A DNA stretch of 55,661 nt from the NCBI GenBank assembly GCA_000708835.1, contig DF237534.1, positions 1 to 55,661 of the forward strand. The letters are read 5' to 3'. The stretch's first letter is position 1, and every line of letters begins with the position of its first letter. Below, in pieces: positions 26,701-38,426 of this stretch. The position numbers and the translations under genes were made by a program. Under the pieces are notes generated by a model that searched no databases, was not told the origin of the DNA, and saw nothing but the letters and a program-made list of their open reading frames with translations. Source of the stretch: Klebsormidium nitens. Its lineage: Eukaryota > Plantae > Klebsormidiophyceae.

Positions 26701-29700
26701 AACGCCATCAAGTTTACGGACAAGGGCGAGATCAAAGTGTCCATCGAAACGGTAGTGGAGGACGACGGGGAAGCGCAGCTGAAAGTCTCGTGTACAGATA
26801 CAGGTGAGAAAGTAATTATCCCATGTACCACCAGCTGTCTTGTGTACTACTGAAGAGCATTACGGCATCGGCCTTGTGCAAGAGCGGAGCGGGTACTGCG
26901 GGTCCTTCGGCGCAAAAAAAGATAGAAAGAAGTCAGAACTTCCTCTGCAGGCAGCGGGTCACGCAGGGTCCACCGGAGCGCCTCTTCGATTACTCTGTAA
27001 AGTCATCCAACAGAACGTTGTTTTGTCACCTCGCTTGGATATCGACGGAATGCTATAATCCAGAGCGGGCAAAGCTTCCGCAAGCCCAAAGACCCTGAAC
27101 TTCCGAGACTTGCAATTCGCTATCGTCCTCTGCAAGCTGGGCCGAAGACAAAAATAAGGTGAAGCGGCTATTTGTGCGCGTCAAGCGGGCAACCAAAGCA
27201 TCGTTATCAGCTAGCTCGTCACCTTTCTGAAGGACGACTGCAATGTATCTAACTCGACCATTGTTCCGTCTGCAGGTCGGGGCGTGTCACAAGAGCAGGT
27301 GGAGCGGCTCTTCGTGCGCTTCAAGCAGGCGTCAAACATCGACCTGAGCGACATCCGCTTGCAGCGGCGCGGCCAAAAAGGGACTGGTCTGGGTCTCTCC
27401 ATCGTCAAAATGCTCGCGGAAAGGATGGGCGGAAACTGCGGCATGAACAGCAAACCCGGGGAAGGCAGCCAGACCTGGTTCACGGTCAAGCTGGCGAAGG
27501 CCCCGGACGATGCCCCGAGAGGGGGGGTGATCCTGAGGCGCAATCATCCCCCCTGCAAAGTGTTGGTCAGCCACCGGTTGTCGTCAGTCGGGCTGGTGCT
27601 GTGCCGCTACCTCGCTGAGTGGGGCTACGATGCGACGCTGGTGACGTCGGCTGGCGACGTCATTGCGCTATTTGAGGGGGGGTCCGACAAGGGGGTCCCG
27701 CCGGGGGGGGGCGACGAAGCGGTCTCCCCGGGGGGGAGCCAACCGGCGAAAGCCGCGCCATTCAGGGTGATCGTCCTAGACGGGTCACTGCTGGCGTCCG
27801 GGGGACACGTGCTGACGGAGCATCTGGTCAGCAGCAAAGTGGGGGTGGTATTGATGACTAACCCGGGGATCACCCGGTTGGAACCGGAGGTGGAGCTCCT
27901 GGACCCGATCATCTGCAGGAAGCCCGTGCGGTACGTACCGTTCTTCGAGGCGGTGGGTGCCGCCCATAAGCAGGCGGCACCGGTTGCCGCGGGCGGTCCC
28001 AAACCCGTCCTCGACCGATCCGCCAGCACTTCGTGGGCGATGTTCGGTGCGACCGGCATCAACTTCGGGGGCCTAGTTGCGGCCGCGGACGTGACCCCCC
28101 GGGCCGAAGACTCAGAGCCGGGGGGAGTGCCCGGTCAGGAAGACCACCTGCCTGACCCAGAGGTCGTCAATTTCTCCGCGCCACCTCAGTCCGCCCCGTC
28201 CGTTCCGGAGCGGAACGAAGGCGCGGATCAACTACCGGGCTCAGTCCCGGACTATGCTTCTCCTCCCGGGGGGGCGGTTCAGAGTGACGGCGAGGCCCCC
28301 CCGGAGCGGCGGCGGTACGTACTGGTGGTGGAGGACCATATGGTGAACCAGCGGATCGTGTGCAGCATCCTGAAGAAGTTGGATGCTGACCTGGAGGTGG
28401 CGAACAACGGGCTCGAAGCGGTAGCGGCCGCGGAGAAGGGGGCGTATGACGTCATCCTCATGGACTGCCAGGTGGGTGGCTTGTATTCCCTTTGTTTGAC
28501 AGGGTCAGCGAGAAGGACACTCGGTCTCCTTGAGAAGTAGCTATTGTAGTGCGAAGCGTGTCAAATCCATGTCGCAATTTCCTATCTCTCTACTTACGGG
28601 AAATTTCAAGCTCGGAGTGGTAACGGAGGTTTGAAAGAAGTGACCAGTGTGATCTGAGAGCAACACTTCAACTTCCCCTCCGAGAGCTTGACAACCGAAG
28701 CCGTCGCTTTTGATATAGCTGAGCGTAGCGGAGTCTTGAAACATTTGTCGAGGCGGATGATGCGAAACCTAACTTACGGACAAGGAAAGCTCACAATAAA
28801 CAACAGTTCGTGCGAAAAGAGCATCAAGTGGGATTAGTAAGATGCCAAGCGCCGTTGATCTCCTTGCAGATGCCGGTAATGGACGGCTTTGAGGCCACGC
28901 AGCGAATCCGCGAGCGCGAGGAACAGACGGGCGGCGCGCACGTGTGCATCATCGCGCTTACGGCGATGGCGATGCCCGGCGACCGGGAGAGGTGCCTCAA
29001 CGCGGGCATGGATGACTACATGGTACGGCCTTTCGACTTTTATTGTGAACTCACATTATAGATTAGACAAGGGCGCCCAAGCTTGTCTCTTGAACGGATG
29101 GATTGTCTTGAAAAGGGAGCCGAATTCAGCTTTTGAAATAGGAGCGGTCGACGACATTACGATCGCCCCAAGAATGATGTTGCGCGTCCGCAATGAGGGA
29201 CAGCAGAACACTGCTCCTGCTCTCTGGTGACTAGAACGGAACGGGTCAGAGTACGTCAGCCTGACGATCGAGTCTCCTTGCGGCTTGTGCCGGAGACTCC
29301 TGCCACTTCTCCTTGGCAGGTTCGGGTCTCGATCCTCGTAGTCTTTGAGCTGGCGCTGGTTCACATTCCTCAAGTGCAGTACACTTCAATGAGTTTCCAA
29401 CATCCGGAGACTTGCCTGCCGCTGTAGAACCCAGAATTCATGGATGCGAATGGACTTGGAAGAACCTGTCCATCGCCCAGCTTGGCTTCCTACATATTAC
29501 GTAGCTCTTTTTTCGCCTTCTCGAAACTACGTGGGCAAGAACTCAGAGAATGCGGCCAGCTTGTGAGAGTGCCCAGGTCAATGTGACGAAAACGAGTCGC
29601 AACTGTGTTGATTCTGTCGCTTGGGAGAACTTCGAAACAGGTTTGAGGTCCCGAGCGCGGTTGAGGTCAGCGCCTCCAAAGCATTCTCTGAGACTAATCT

Positions 29701-29901
29701 CCTTTACCATGGATCACCGTTTGTAACTGGATTTGTAGGGCGACTCGCTTAAGCTCTAAAGCGCAGGCGCAATGAGGAACCAACTTTGAGAAACCTTGAT
29801 TTCGTTGCTTATAAAGTGCTCGAATCTTGTTGCAGACGAAGCCCGTTAAGAAAGACGCAGTGCAGGCGATGCTGGCGACTTGGACATCTGGACGAAGGTA
29901 A
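14715..29901 (+). CDS. Membrane-bound double hybrid histidine kinase: 6TM-HisKA-HATPase-REC-like-REC, linker, then 6TM-HisKA-HATPase-REC-like-REC; about 2001 aa, 23 exons
   Basis: Exons 14715-14948, 15519-15627, 16004-16122, 16487-16521, 16757-17003, 17252-17418, 17650-17800, 18127-18168, 18734-18887, 19271-19464, 19798-20775, 21157-21390, 21949-22698, 23137-23252, 23604-23709, 24081-24293, 24884-25024, 25428-25655, 26049-26153, 26536-26803, 27276-28471, 28870-29022, 29836-29901 sum to 6006 nt with matching phases and no internal stop. Module 1: [38 protein letters not shown]...MDIEM. Module 2: [36 protein letters not shown]...MDCQMPVMDG...MDDYMTKP. The true start codon and small TM-region exons are less certain. 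Confidence 0.88.
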
Positions 29902-30860
29902 TAAAATAGGTCTTGTACTGCAAGTTGGAAAGGGTCCGTGGGCTCCGGCCTAGACAGTCAAATCAAAAGCAGCATGCATTGAGGGATATGTATTGACTTC
30001 CAAGAGTCGGCAATCAGTCGAAATTTGCAAGCCTTACGTATCACAAGCAGATCGCGCGTGGGCGTTGCGGCAGGGCGGCTGCCAGGATGAGAGTCAAGCT
30101 AGATCAACTGTACGAGGATGAAAAGTAAAGGATATCATGGGTACTGTAAGGGTAGGCGAGACAAGGTGTACTTAAAAAACTAGCGGCGCTGCGGATTGCA
30201 AATTTGCAGAGACTGCTGCCAGTCAAGCTTTAGCAAGCTAGCTTTGTTCTGTTGCTGACGTTCTCTTTCAGGGCGTGGTTGTAATGTTATGATGTAATCC
30301 TATCTGCCCGCAAAGTCGTCTTGCGATCCTTATTTGGTCGATCTCACTGTTACGTACCCGTTCATCCACTCACGTCGCGAGTTCCGGGGTATCCATCTAG
30401 ATGCTTGTTGGCATGCTATCGAAGCATCCAGAGCTTCTCGGACGCCCCATGTTCAAAAGCGATTTGGGCCGCCATTGTGAAAGTATTAGTGGTCTCTGAT
30501 CAGGATTCATTCTGATTCGTGTCACTGGCAAGTTGCTCTCTCAAATAGTCTACACTCCCACAACTGAGAATGCTGTTTTCACTCATGAGTCAAGGGCGCC
30601 GGGCGATATACGTCATGGCATCATTGCATACGAGTATGCAGACTGATTGAGAAGTAGTGTATTGTGAGGGGTGGTCTGGGACGCGGTAAAAGCCCTTACA
30701 TGCTGCGTTTCTAATTTGTCTTACTTCCGACGTCACTGAAAGATGCCGGGCCCGATTCACGATCTGCACAAATACGTGGTGCGTGGAACAGCATTCGTGA
30801 GATGCAGCTTTTAGAATGTCGATCACGCAAATTGAGGCGCAGGCCACCTCGAAGTGTTTT

Positions 30861-30895
30861 ACAATAACAAACACAATAACAATAATAATAACAAT
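30861..30895. repeat. Short imperfect (CAATAA/AAT) microsatellite
   Basis: acaataacaaacacaataacaataataataacaat, between the HK and TrmJ genes. Confidence 0.55.
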
Positions 30896-31266
30896 TTACT
30901 AGAGCCGGGGTACTGTTGATCTTTGGTGGTTAGCAGCGAGATTGCGCCGGCCAATCAGTGGCTGCCTTGAATGGCATGTGGTCTCGTCGGTGGGTACCGG
31001 TTGTAACTAGGTTGTTCATGCAACGGTTACTGTCGGTATAGTACCTACCGGTTTATAGCGGTACCAGTTTCGTGGGTCAGGATCATGCATGGAACTCACG
31101 CGTGATCCACCTGTTTACAGAATCGACAAACTACGACTTTGCTGCCGGCGCAGGGGCGGCCGTCTTGCTCTTCAACAGCGGGGTCAATGTTGAGGTTTGA
31201 CAGGCGCTAAGGGAGTTCCATTCGTCCCCATATCTGGAGACAGTTCTCTTCTCGTTTCCGTGTCCC

Positions 31267-34200
31267 ATGGAGACGTGGGCAGCTAGATGCACCTCATACA
31301 AGCCAACGCCAGCCTGCGGCGGTGCTTTGAAAAGGAGCAACCCCGATCAATGTACAAACTTTAGGCAGGGCCGTACACCGCATATGTCGGCAGTCAGCAA
31401 ATGCGCTTTCAACGCTGCTTTAATGTGTGATGGTGGTAAAAGCTTTCGCCCAGAGGCAACGGGAGCAGAGTTTCTGAAGCGTCTCTCAAGGAATTCTCTG
31501 GGGACATGTGCATCAGAAGCGCAAGTACACAGAGACACAAACTGCAGCTGGAAGAAGGGTTTCTGCCACAATTACGAACGGACGGAAGCGTCTGCGAAAG
31601 TGTGTGCATTGAGGAGAGATGTTGCCTCTCGAGCTGTGGCGTCCGACTCAGATCGGGGTGGAGACGAGAATGAAGGCCTTTCCGAAGTGAGCAGCCATTT
31701 TTCAATTCTACTACTATATATATACCAGCAGTACCAGCAGATTTAACGGTCTGGAAGTCACATAGCTTGAATGAAGTCACATTTCATCTACTTGGAAGCC
31801 ATCTTTGCTTAACTTTCTCTCCTTCTTGTGCCAGTTGTGGTGGTTGTGTCATTTCTTCCCTCATGTGCACCCAAGTGTCGCTTCCTGGGCTTGCCGAGTT
31901 GCTCAACAGCGATATAAGTGGTCAATCATGGTCAGCCTTTGGGAACTGGAACGGTTTGATCTAGTGTGTTCCTCAAACCTAGTTTGCGTAGCCCACTTTA
32001 CTCGATGCATTTCGTCTAATACACCTTCTCTTGAAAGACGTTTGCTCACAAATTCTGATCAACTCACTCTGCTTCGACCACTTCTAGTACCGCACTCTCT
32101 TTGAAATTCACTGCTTGACTCACTTCCCTTAACACACTGTGCTAAATTCACTCTACTTACTCCAGGTTCGGATCATTCTTGTGGAGCCTCGGGGCGCCTT
32201 GAATGTTGGGATGGTTGCCCGGAGCATGGCAAACTTTGGGTTAAGACACCTGGTACTGGTTAACCCCCAGGGAGAAGCTGCTGATTACCAAGGAGAGGAG
32301 GTAAGAGCCCCCTCTGAACTTCTCCTGATTCTGTTATCCTGCTAACCATCCACGGTGCTTCCGTCTAGAAAGTTAGTGCCTGGTGCAATAAGAGCCCAAG
32401 TGTACTTTTTTAGGCGAGCTGACACCTATGCAGTCTGCGCAGAAAGGGGAGTGCATAATGAAATCGAAGAACATATGACGGCCCCCTTGTTCATGTCACT
32501 TGTGCTAGTTCAGAAATTTTGTTTTGGACAATCTTCAAACCTCAACGGGCAGTGCCTAAAGCCATCGACAGGCATGTCACAGATTCACAGAACATGGTAA
32601 ACCGGGTTGCTAACCTGCCGTAACCAGGCCTGCAGAATGGCCTGTCACGCGGTGTCAATCCTAGAAGAGGCGACAACGGCCCCGACTCTCGCCGCCGCTC
32701 TAGCCGGAGTAACGAGAGCGGTCGCAACTACCGCCCGTCAAAGAGCCCCCCCGGCGCCCCCCTTAGAGATCCTGAAAAGCAGAACGGTGGGGGGTGGCCT
32801 GGATTGGCTGCTGGAAAATGACGCGGGCTGCTCGGCTATGATTTTCGGGTGAGCTGTCTTGTTTGGCAAACCCCCTGTTCATTAGTGTCTCCCATAGAGG
32901 GCAAACTTCTGAAGTCTTGAATACCGGGTCCGTGACTTCAGTCGAAGTGCGTACTTTGGATGCACAGCACAATGCATGAGATTATCGCAAAACTGACGGC
33001 TTATATAGGCTGGAAGCTCAGATTGACGGACGACAATTGCAGCTGCGGTTGTGAAAGGGACTGAGTGTGTCAAGTGAGACTTCAGCCGCGTTTGTCTAGG
33101 TCTCTGGTTGTTGCCCGGCGTTTGTCCATGTTCTCCCTACTACAGCCTGCTCGCTTTTTCAATGCGCCGTCGACAGGTTGTTCCCCAAGGATGGATATGT
33201 CGGGCAGTTTGCCAGATCCTTACATTAGAGACCAAAAATAGGCCCAAACAGCACGCCAAAGTGTCGCAGCAAAGCGTTCGTCTGCAAATGTTAATGTTTC
33301 CCGGGTCATGGCCAGCTTGTCCCTCGAATCTGTGAGCTTTCATACTGTCGAAGTTTTGGAGAAGCTGCCAGGAGGCACATAGCCTCAAAACATAAAGAAG
33401 CACTGAGCGTCTGAATCAAAAGGAATCAGGATACAAGGAAAAGGCAGGAAAGCAAGAAGAAAAAGGATTCTGCAAGGAAGCAAAAAGGGAAAGAGGACAC
33501 GAGTCGTGTCAAAGGGCCTGGGCAATCCGCGTATACTCCTCTTGTCTTCTTGAAATTAAAATCCAACTAGAATGTCCTCCCCCTTGGAAGTTTTGCGATG
33601 AAACGTTCAGTATGGAGCTAAGGATTTTTCGTTTTCGAAGCAGGGACCCGCTGGGGTTAGTAGGGGTTTAGTCGCGTAGGTTTCGATCTCGGGTCAACGC
33701 GGTCAACCTGGTAAGGGTTTCGGCGAATGGAATCATGATTAAAGATGCCGTTTTTGGAACATGTCATGTCAATAAGGGAGGCAAATAGTGACGTCAGAAG
33801 TAGTGTATGATTGATTTGTTGTTCCTTTTGCAGTCGGGAAGATAGCGGCTTGACCAACGACGAGCTGAGCTTTGCGCAGCGCACGCTCATGATACCCAGC
33901 AGCCCGGCCTACTCTTCCCTGGTGGGTTAGGACTCAAACCATCTCTTAACCCACATTTCATCGCCCTTGATTGACACTTCCGTTTTCGATCCCGTCGTCC
34001 TGGTGCGCTTGCTGGGCGGTTTGAGCTGCCGTCGATGACTGTGCTCTTCTTCTCTGCAGCACAGCTGAGCGCTTACGTTTTCATGTCCTGTACTTCTAGC
34101 ATCATCACGAGCTTAAATGATACTCAAGAAAGACCCCCTAAAGCCGTCCGGCTTTCTGGCACTCGAACAACCGAGTCCAGGTCGAGTCGGAAGACTAATC

Positions 34201-36564
34201 GGGATACTTTTAATAAATCCCCGTCTTTCTCAACCACAACCCCTTCGGTTGATCTTTTCTAGATTTATTCTTTCATGGGTTCCCTTTTCAAGGATTGTCC
34301 GATCTTTTGTGCACCCCAGCTTTCCCCTTCCATCGAATGTTTCCAAAACAATCTTTCTGATGACAATTTGTTTCGCAAACAGTTCGCTAATCCCTCCACG
34401 TTCCGTTGTCTTGCAGAACCTCTCTCATGCTGTGGCCGTCGTCTGCTACGAGCTCTCCCAACAAGCCCGCTCGCATCGGGCTCCCGAGCGAGTACCACGT
34501 GTCCCTGATGACGTCAGCACGTCGAGCGTTCTCGACGATGACGTCAGTGAAAGTAGAGCCAGATCCGCAACCGGACCGCAGCACTTACACGAAGAAAGCG
34601 GAATGTTTACACCAGATTTTAAGAACGGCCCGGGTTTAGAACCAGAACCATCGTTAGGGGTCCAAGATTTAGCAGATAAAAGCACTTCCACGTTGGCAGG
34701 AGAAAGTGGTTTTGCAGATCCTCCGGAAGCTAGCACAATAGAAGAACGCGAAAAACTGTATCGACAAGAATCGCAGTCAGGTCAATCGGAGGAGAACGCC
34801 TGGGAAGAGAGGGGGGATTCAGAAGCAGACTTCTTGCAATCAAGGCAACTAGAACGGGAAGGCCTTGTGGAGTCGCCGGACGGCCTGGGCCGGCCCGGCT
34901 GGCGGAAGACCCGGCGGCTGGACAGGGCCCTCAGACGAACGGACGTCGCAGACGGTGCGGACGTCGAAGGCGCACTCAAACAGGCGGAGGATCTGCTGAC
35001 CAAGGTGCGTCCGAATCGAAAGGAAAGAAACGGTTTTCTTGTTCCTGCACATGTGCGAGCAACCAGGGCTGCTTTTGCGGTTGTGGTAACGTTAGACATG
35101 GGGAACCAAGATTGAACCGTTCCGACTCTGAAGTCAATCAAGCCGCAAACCAGGGTGGGTCCGTAACGGAGTTGACCATTCGAGGTCCTTTCAATCTGCT
35201 AAGCGTTGAGGTCGGCCCGGTCCGTCTGGAGTCTGGCCCCGGTCGAAGATTTGTTTGCAAACCTTCTTACTTGTCATTGGCCTCTGCTCTTTCGAATTGT
35301 CGTTTGCCTCTTGAGTTTGTCCAAGCTTTCTGTTCCTGTCCGGCTTTTGCCGACCTTTCTGACCATTCGGGCAGATTTGGCCACTGACGCGAATCCAATT
35401 TGAGCTCATCGCAAAACTTTACCCGATGTGCAAATGTCGACCCTTCGATGAATATAGTCCATTGATCCAACGACTGAATCTCTGCGCAATGGGCGAATCT
35501 GCGATTCACACAAAGAGATTCTTGCCCAACTTGGACCCTTCACTGCCCTGGACATTGTTGATCAAACGCCCAGAGTTCTGCGATCAACGGCGGCCAAGTT
35601 TTGACTGAACTTGCAGTACCTTCAATCAGCCTCAGGGCTTCGAATTGACATTTACCGTTTGAATCGTCCCTGACCTAATCTTTTGTAATACTGCCCTTCA
35701 AAGTACACTTGGAAGAAAGGCAGAGAGGTACGCTTAGGATCCCAACCCCGTTGCAATTTTGGGCGCTTCTTTGACCAGGATCACTAGGTACTGCTACTTG
35801 GGATACTGATTCCTCTTCTGGTGATTCTTATTCCGGCGGAACTCCCTCCTTGCGCAGATGGGCTTCTTGAAGGGCGACACGCGGAACGCGAAAGTGCCGA
35901 AGCTCCGCCAGCTGCTGGTGCGGGCGTCCCCAACGAACTCCGAGGTGTGCATACGCACTTTTGCCCCCTTTCCCTGTGGCCGAGTGACGTCATGAATGTG
36001 AAGAAGCGCTTGGCATGCCTCTACATAAGTTGGTGGCCATGAAATTCTTCAGTGATCAACCGAGTGAGTAGGAGGGATGGAAAAGAGGGAGACAAGTGGA
36101 AACTCGCCCCTTGCCTAAGCCTGAAAGTACCAGGCAATTCCGTACTCTGCTTGTGCGTTCGGATGAGATGTAATTGTCGACACTCTTGACGGACACTCTT
36201 AACGGACATGCGAGAAGCTCTTGCGACAGATTCGTAATGTCCATTAAGGCTGATATCGCATTCTTACCGTCAACGTTCTCACGTCCCAAGTGGGAAACTC
36301 GCGTTCTTGTTTTACAGTGTTTTTATCTTTTAGCAGCCTACTTTGGGCTGATAGCCCCGACTATCCAATCGTACCGGGGCACATTAGTAACATCGGGGAG
36401 TAGCTGACGTCACCAGTCAAAGAAGGTGCTTAACGTGATTTGTCTGGCTCATTGCTGGGTTGAACTTACCTTTTTTACGAATCTTACAGGTGGCACTTCT
36501 TCGAGCCATAATCAGGAGGATGGACTGGCACGTTACGAAAGCTCAGGAGAACGATCATCAATAA
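31267..36564 (+). CDS. trmJ: TrmJ/LasT-type SPOUT tRNA/rRNA 2'-O-methyltransferase, about 537 aa, 7 exons, probable organellar transit peptide
   Basis: Exons 31267-31686, 32166-32300, 32628-32848, 33834-33921, 34417-35004, 35858-35944, 36490-36564 are phase-consistent (1614 nt). Motifs: VRIILVEPRGALNVGMVARSMANFGL, VATTAR, IFGREDSGLTNDEL, IPSSPAYSSLNLSHAVAVVCYEL. TrmJ C-terminal helices: MGFL...KLRQLLVRA...EVALLRAIIRRMDW. Confidence 0.85.
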
Positions 36565-36987
36565 CGTTTAAGAGCCTTGCACGACAAGAAGTCTGCCGAC
36601 GGTGATCAGCAATTCGTAGGAGAGAAGCGTTGAAGATGAAAAATAACCTGTGTCCAACATGGAGCATTTGACAGGCTCAGGCTCAACGCGAAATAGTCTT
36701 CGATGGAAGCTTATGACGGCCAAGGAGCGCCCGGTCATCCAAATCAAATGCATGGCAGCATCATTACTAAGTTATGCAACAATGCTCCTGCGCCACCCCG
36801 AAAGAGGAGCCATGTGCAGTTCAATTATGTTGAGCGGCATAAAAGCCATGTAGTTTCATGCATCTTGTTTGATCATCGGAGTGCATGGTTGCACATGCGC
36901 TCATGACGTGCTTCGATCGTTGACATGCACCACGTGGAATGCATGTACCGCGCGACGTACACGGCTTGCATTGAATGCATACGAATC

Positions 36988-37485
36988 NNNNNNNNNNNNN
37001 NNNNNNNNNNNNNNNNNNNNNNNNNNNNNNNNNNNNNNNNNNNNNNNNNNNNNNNNNNNNNNNNNNNNNNNNNNNNNNNNNNNNNNNNNNNNNNNNNNNN
37101 NNNNNNNNNNNNNNNNNNNNNNNNNNNNNNNNNNNNNNNNNNNNNNNNNNNNNNNNNNNNNNNNNNNNNNNNNNNNNNNNNNNNNNNNNNNNNNNNNNNN
37201 NNNNNNNNNNNNNNNNNNNNNNNNNNNNNNNNNNNNNNNNNNNNNNNNNNNNNNNNNNNNNNNNNNNNNNNNNNNNNNNNNNNNNNNNNNNNNNNNNNNN
37301 NNNNNNNNNNNNNNNNNNNNNNNNNNNNNNNNNNNNNNNNNNNNNNNNNNNNNNNNNNNNNNNNNNNNNNNNNNNNNNNNNNNNNNNNNNNNNNNNNNNN
37401 NNNNNNNNNNNNNNNNNNNNNNNNNNNNNNNNNNNNNNNNNNNNNNNNNNNNNNNNNNNNNNNNNNNNNNNNNNNNNNNNNNNNN
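36988..37485. other. Assembly gap (N run)
   Basis: Run of N. The long ORFs in the track that span it are artefacts. Confidence 1.
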
Positions 37486-38246
37486 TCATATATACTGCAC
37501 AGGCTGGCCGCAGATTTATGCTGCCCCGTCCGGCCCGCGGGCTGGCGCACCGGCCTGATATCGATCATGCACATGGCTGCCCGATCAATACCACCGGATT
37601 GCACACCGAAGTATGTCTGGTTAATAAAATCAAAAACGCAGCCGTAATGTGCATTACGAAGACGGTCAAAAGAGCTCAAGCTGCAACCGCGCCCTCAACT
37701 TGAGTCAGCAGTTGGCCGTTCGAGCATGTGTGCAATCGATGCCTTTGTGATCATCAGTCGCAATCGAACATGGTCTATGCACAAATATGTGAGAGTGGAC
37801 GCTTCAAGTTACTTGTAATCGGTTCCCAACCTTTATGAGGCCAGACTCCAGCCCTTTTGTAATCAGTCTTCAACCCTTGAAACGTACGGTCTCCATGCGA
37901 ATGCAAGTAAGTACGCGCAACAGCGTGGCCGGCCCGCCCGCTGGCAGTGGGTGGGCGGGCCGGCATCCTTCTTACGCCGCACTTTTCTTTGCTTCTTCCA
38001 ACTGCGCGGACATGGCCGCATACTGAGTCGACAAGAACACACTTTCAAAAGATCGCGTACAACTGCCAAGTTCTTATCTCGTCTGGCAGTGATCTCAACC
38101 CGGAAACCTTTACTTGCCGTGTAATCAACAAAAATGTGTTAGTGGGTCATGTGGCACTTCGCGAACCATTTTTCAAAGTCTGTTCCAAATCCTGGGGAGG
38201 ATGCTTACTTCGGACCTTGCGACATCGGACGATTCTCGACTCTTGA

Positions 38247-38346
38247 TCCAGGACAGTCACGGCAACCGACGTTTCCAAAAGGAAACTGAACGTGCTCCAG
38301 GACAGTCACGGCAACCGACGTTACCGAAAGGAAACTGAACGTGCTC
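38247..38346. repeat. 49-bp direct tandem duplication (2 copies, 2 mismatches)
   Basis: ccaggacagtcacggcaaccgacgtttccaaaaggaaactgaacgtgct at 38248 and ccaggacagtcacggcaaccgacgttaccgaaaggaaactgaacgtgct at 38297. Confidence 0.95.
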
Positions 38347-38426
38347 GCCGGCAAATAAATCAACACAATATAAAGCGGTATCCTATTTGTGGGGAGGCCT
38401 GTAGACGCGCACAAATCCCTTGTGTT

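Noticed and set aside
36821-37703. Long ORFs of 222-268 aa in the track
   Set aside because: They run through the N gap; artefacts.
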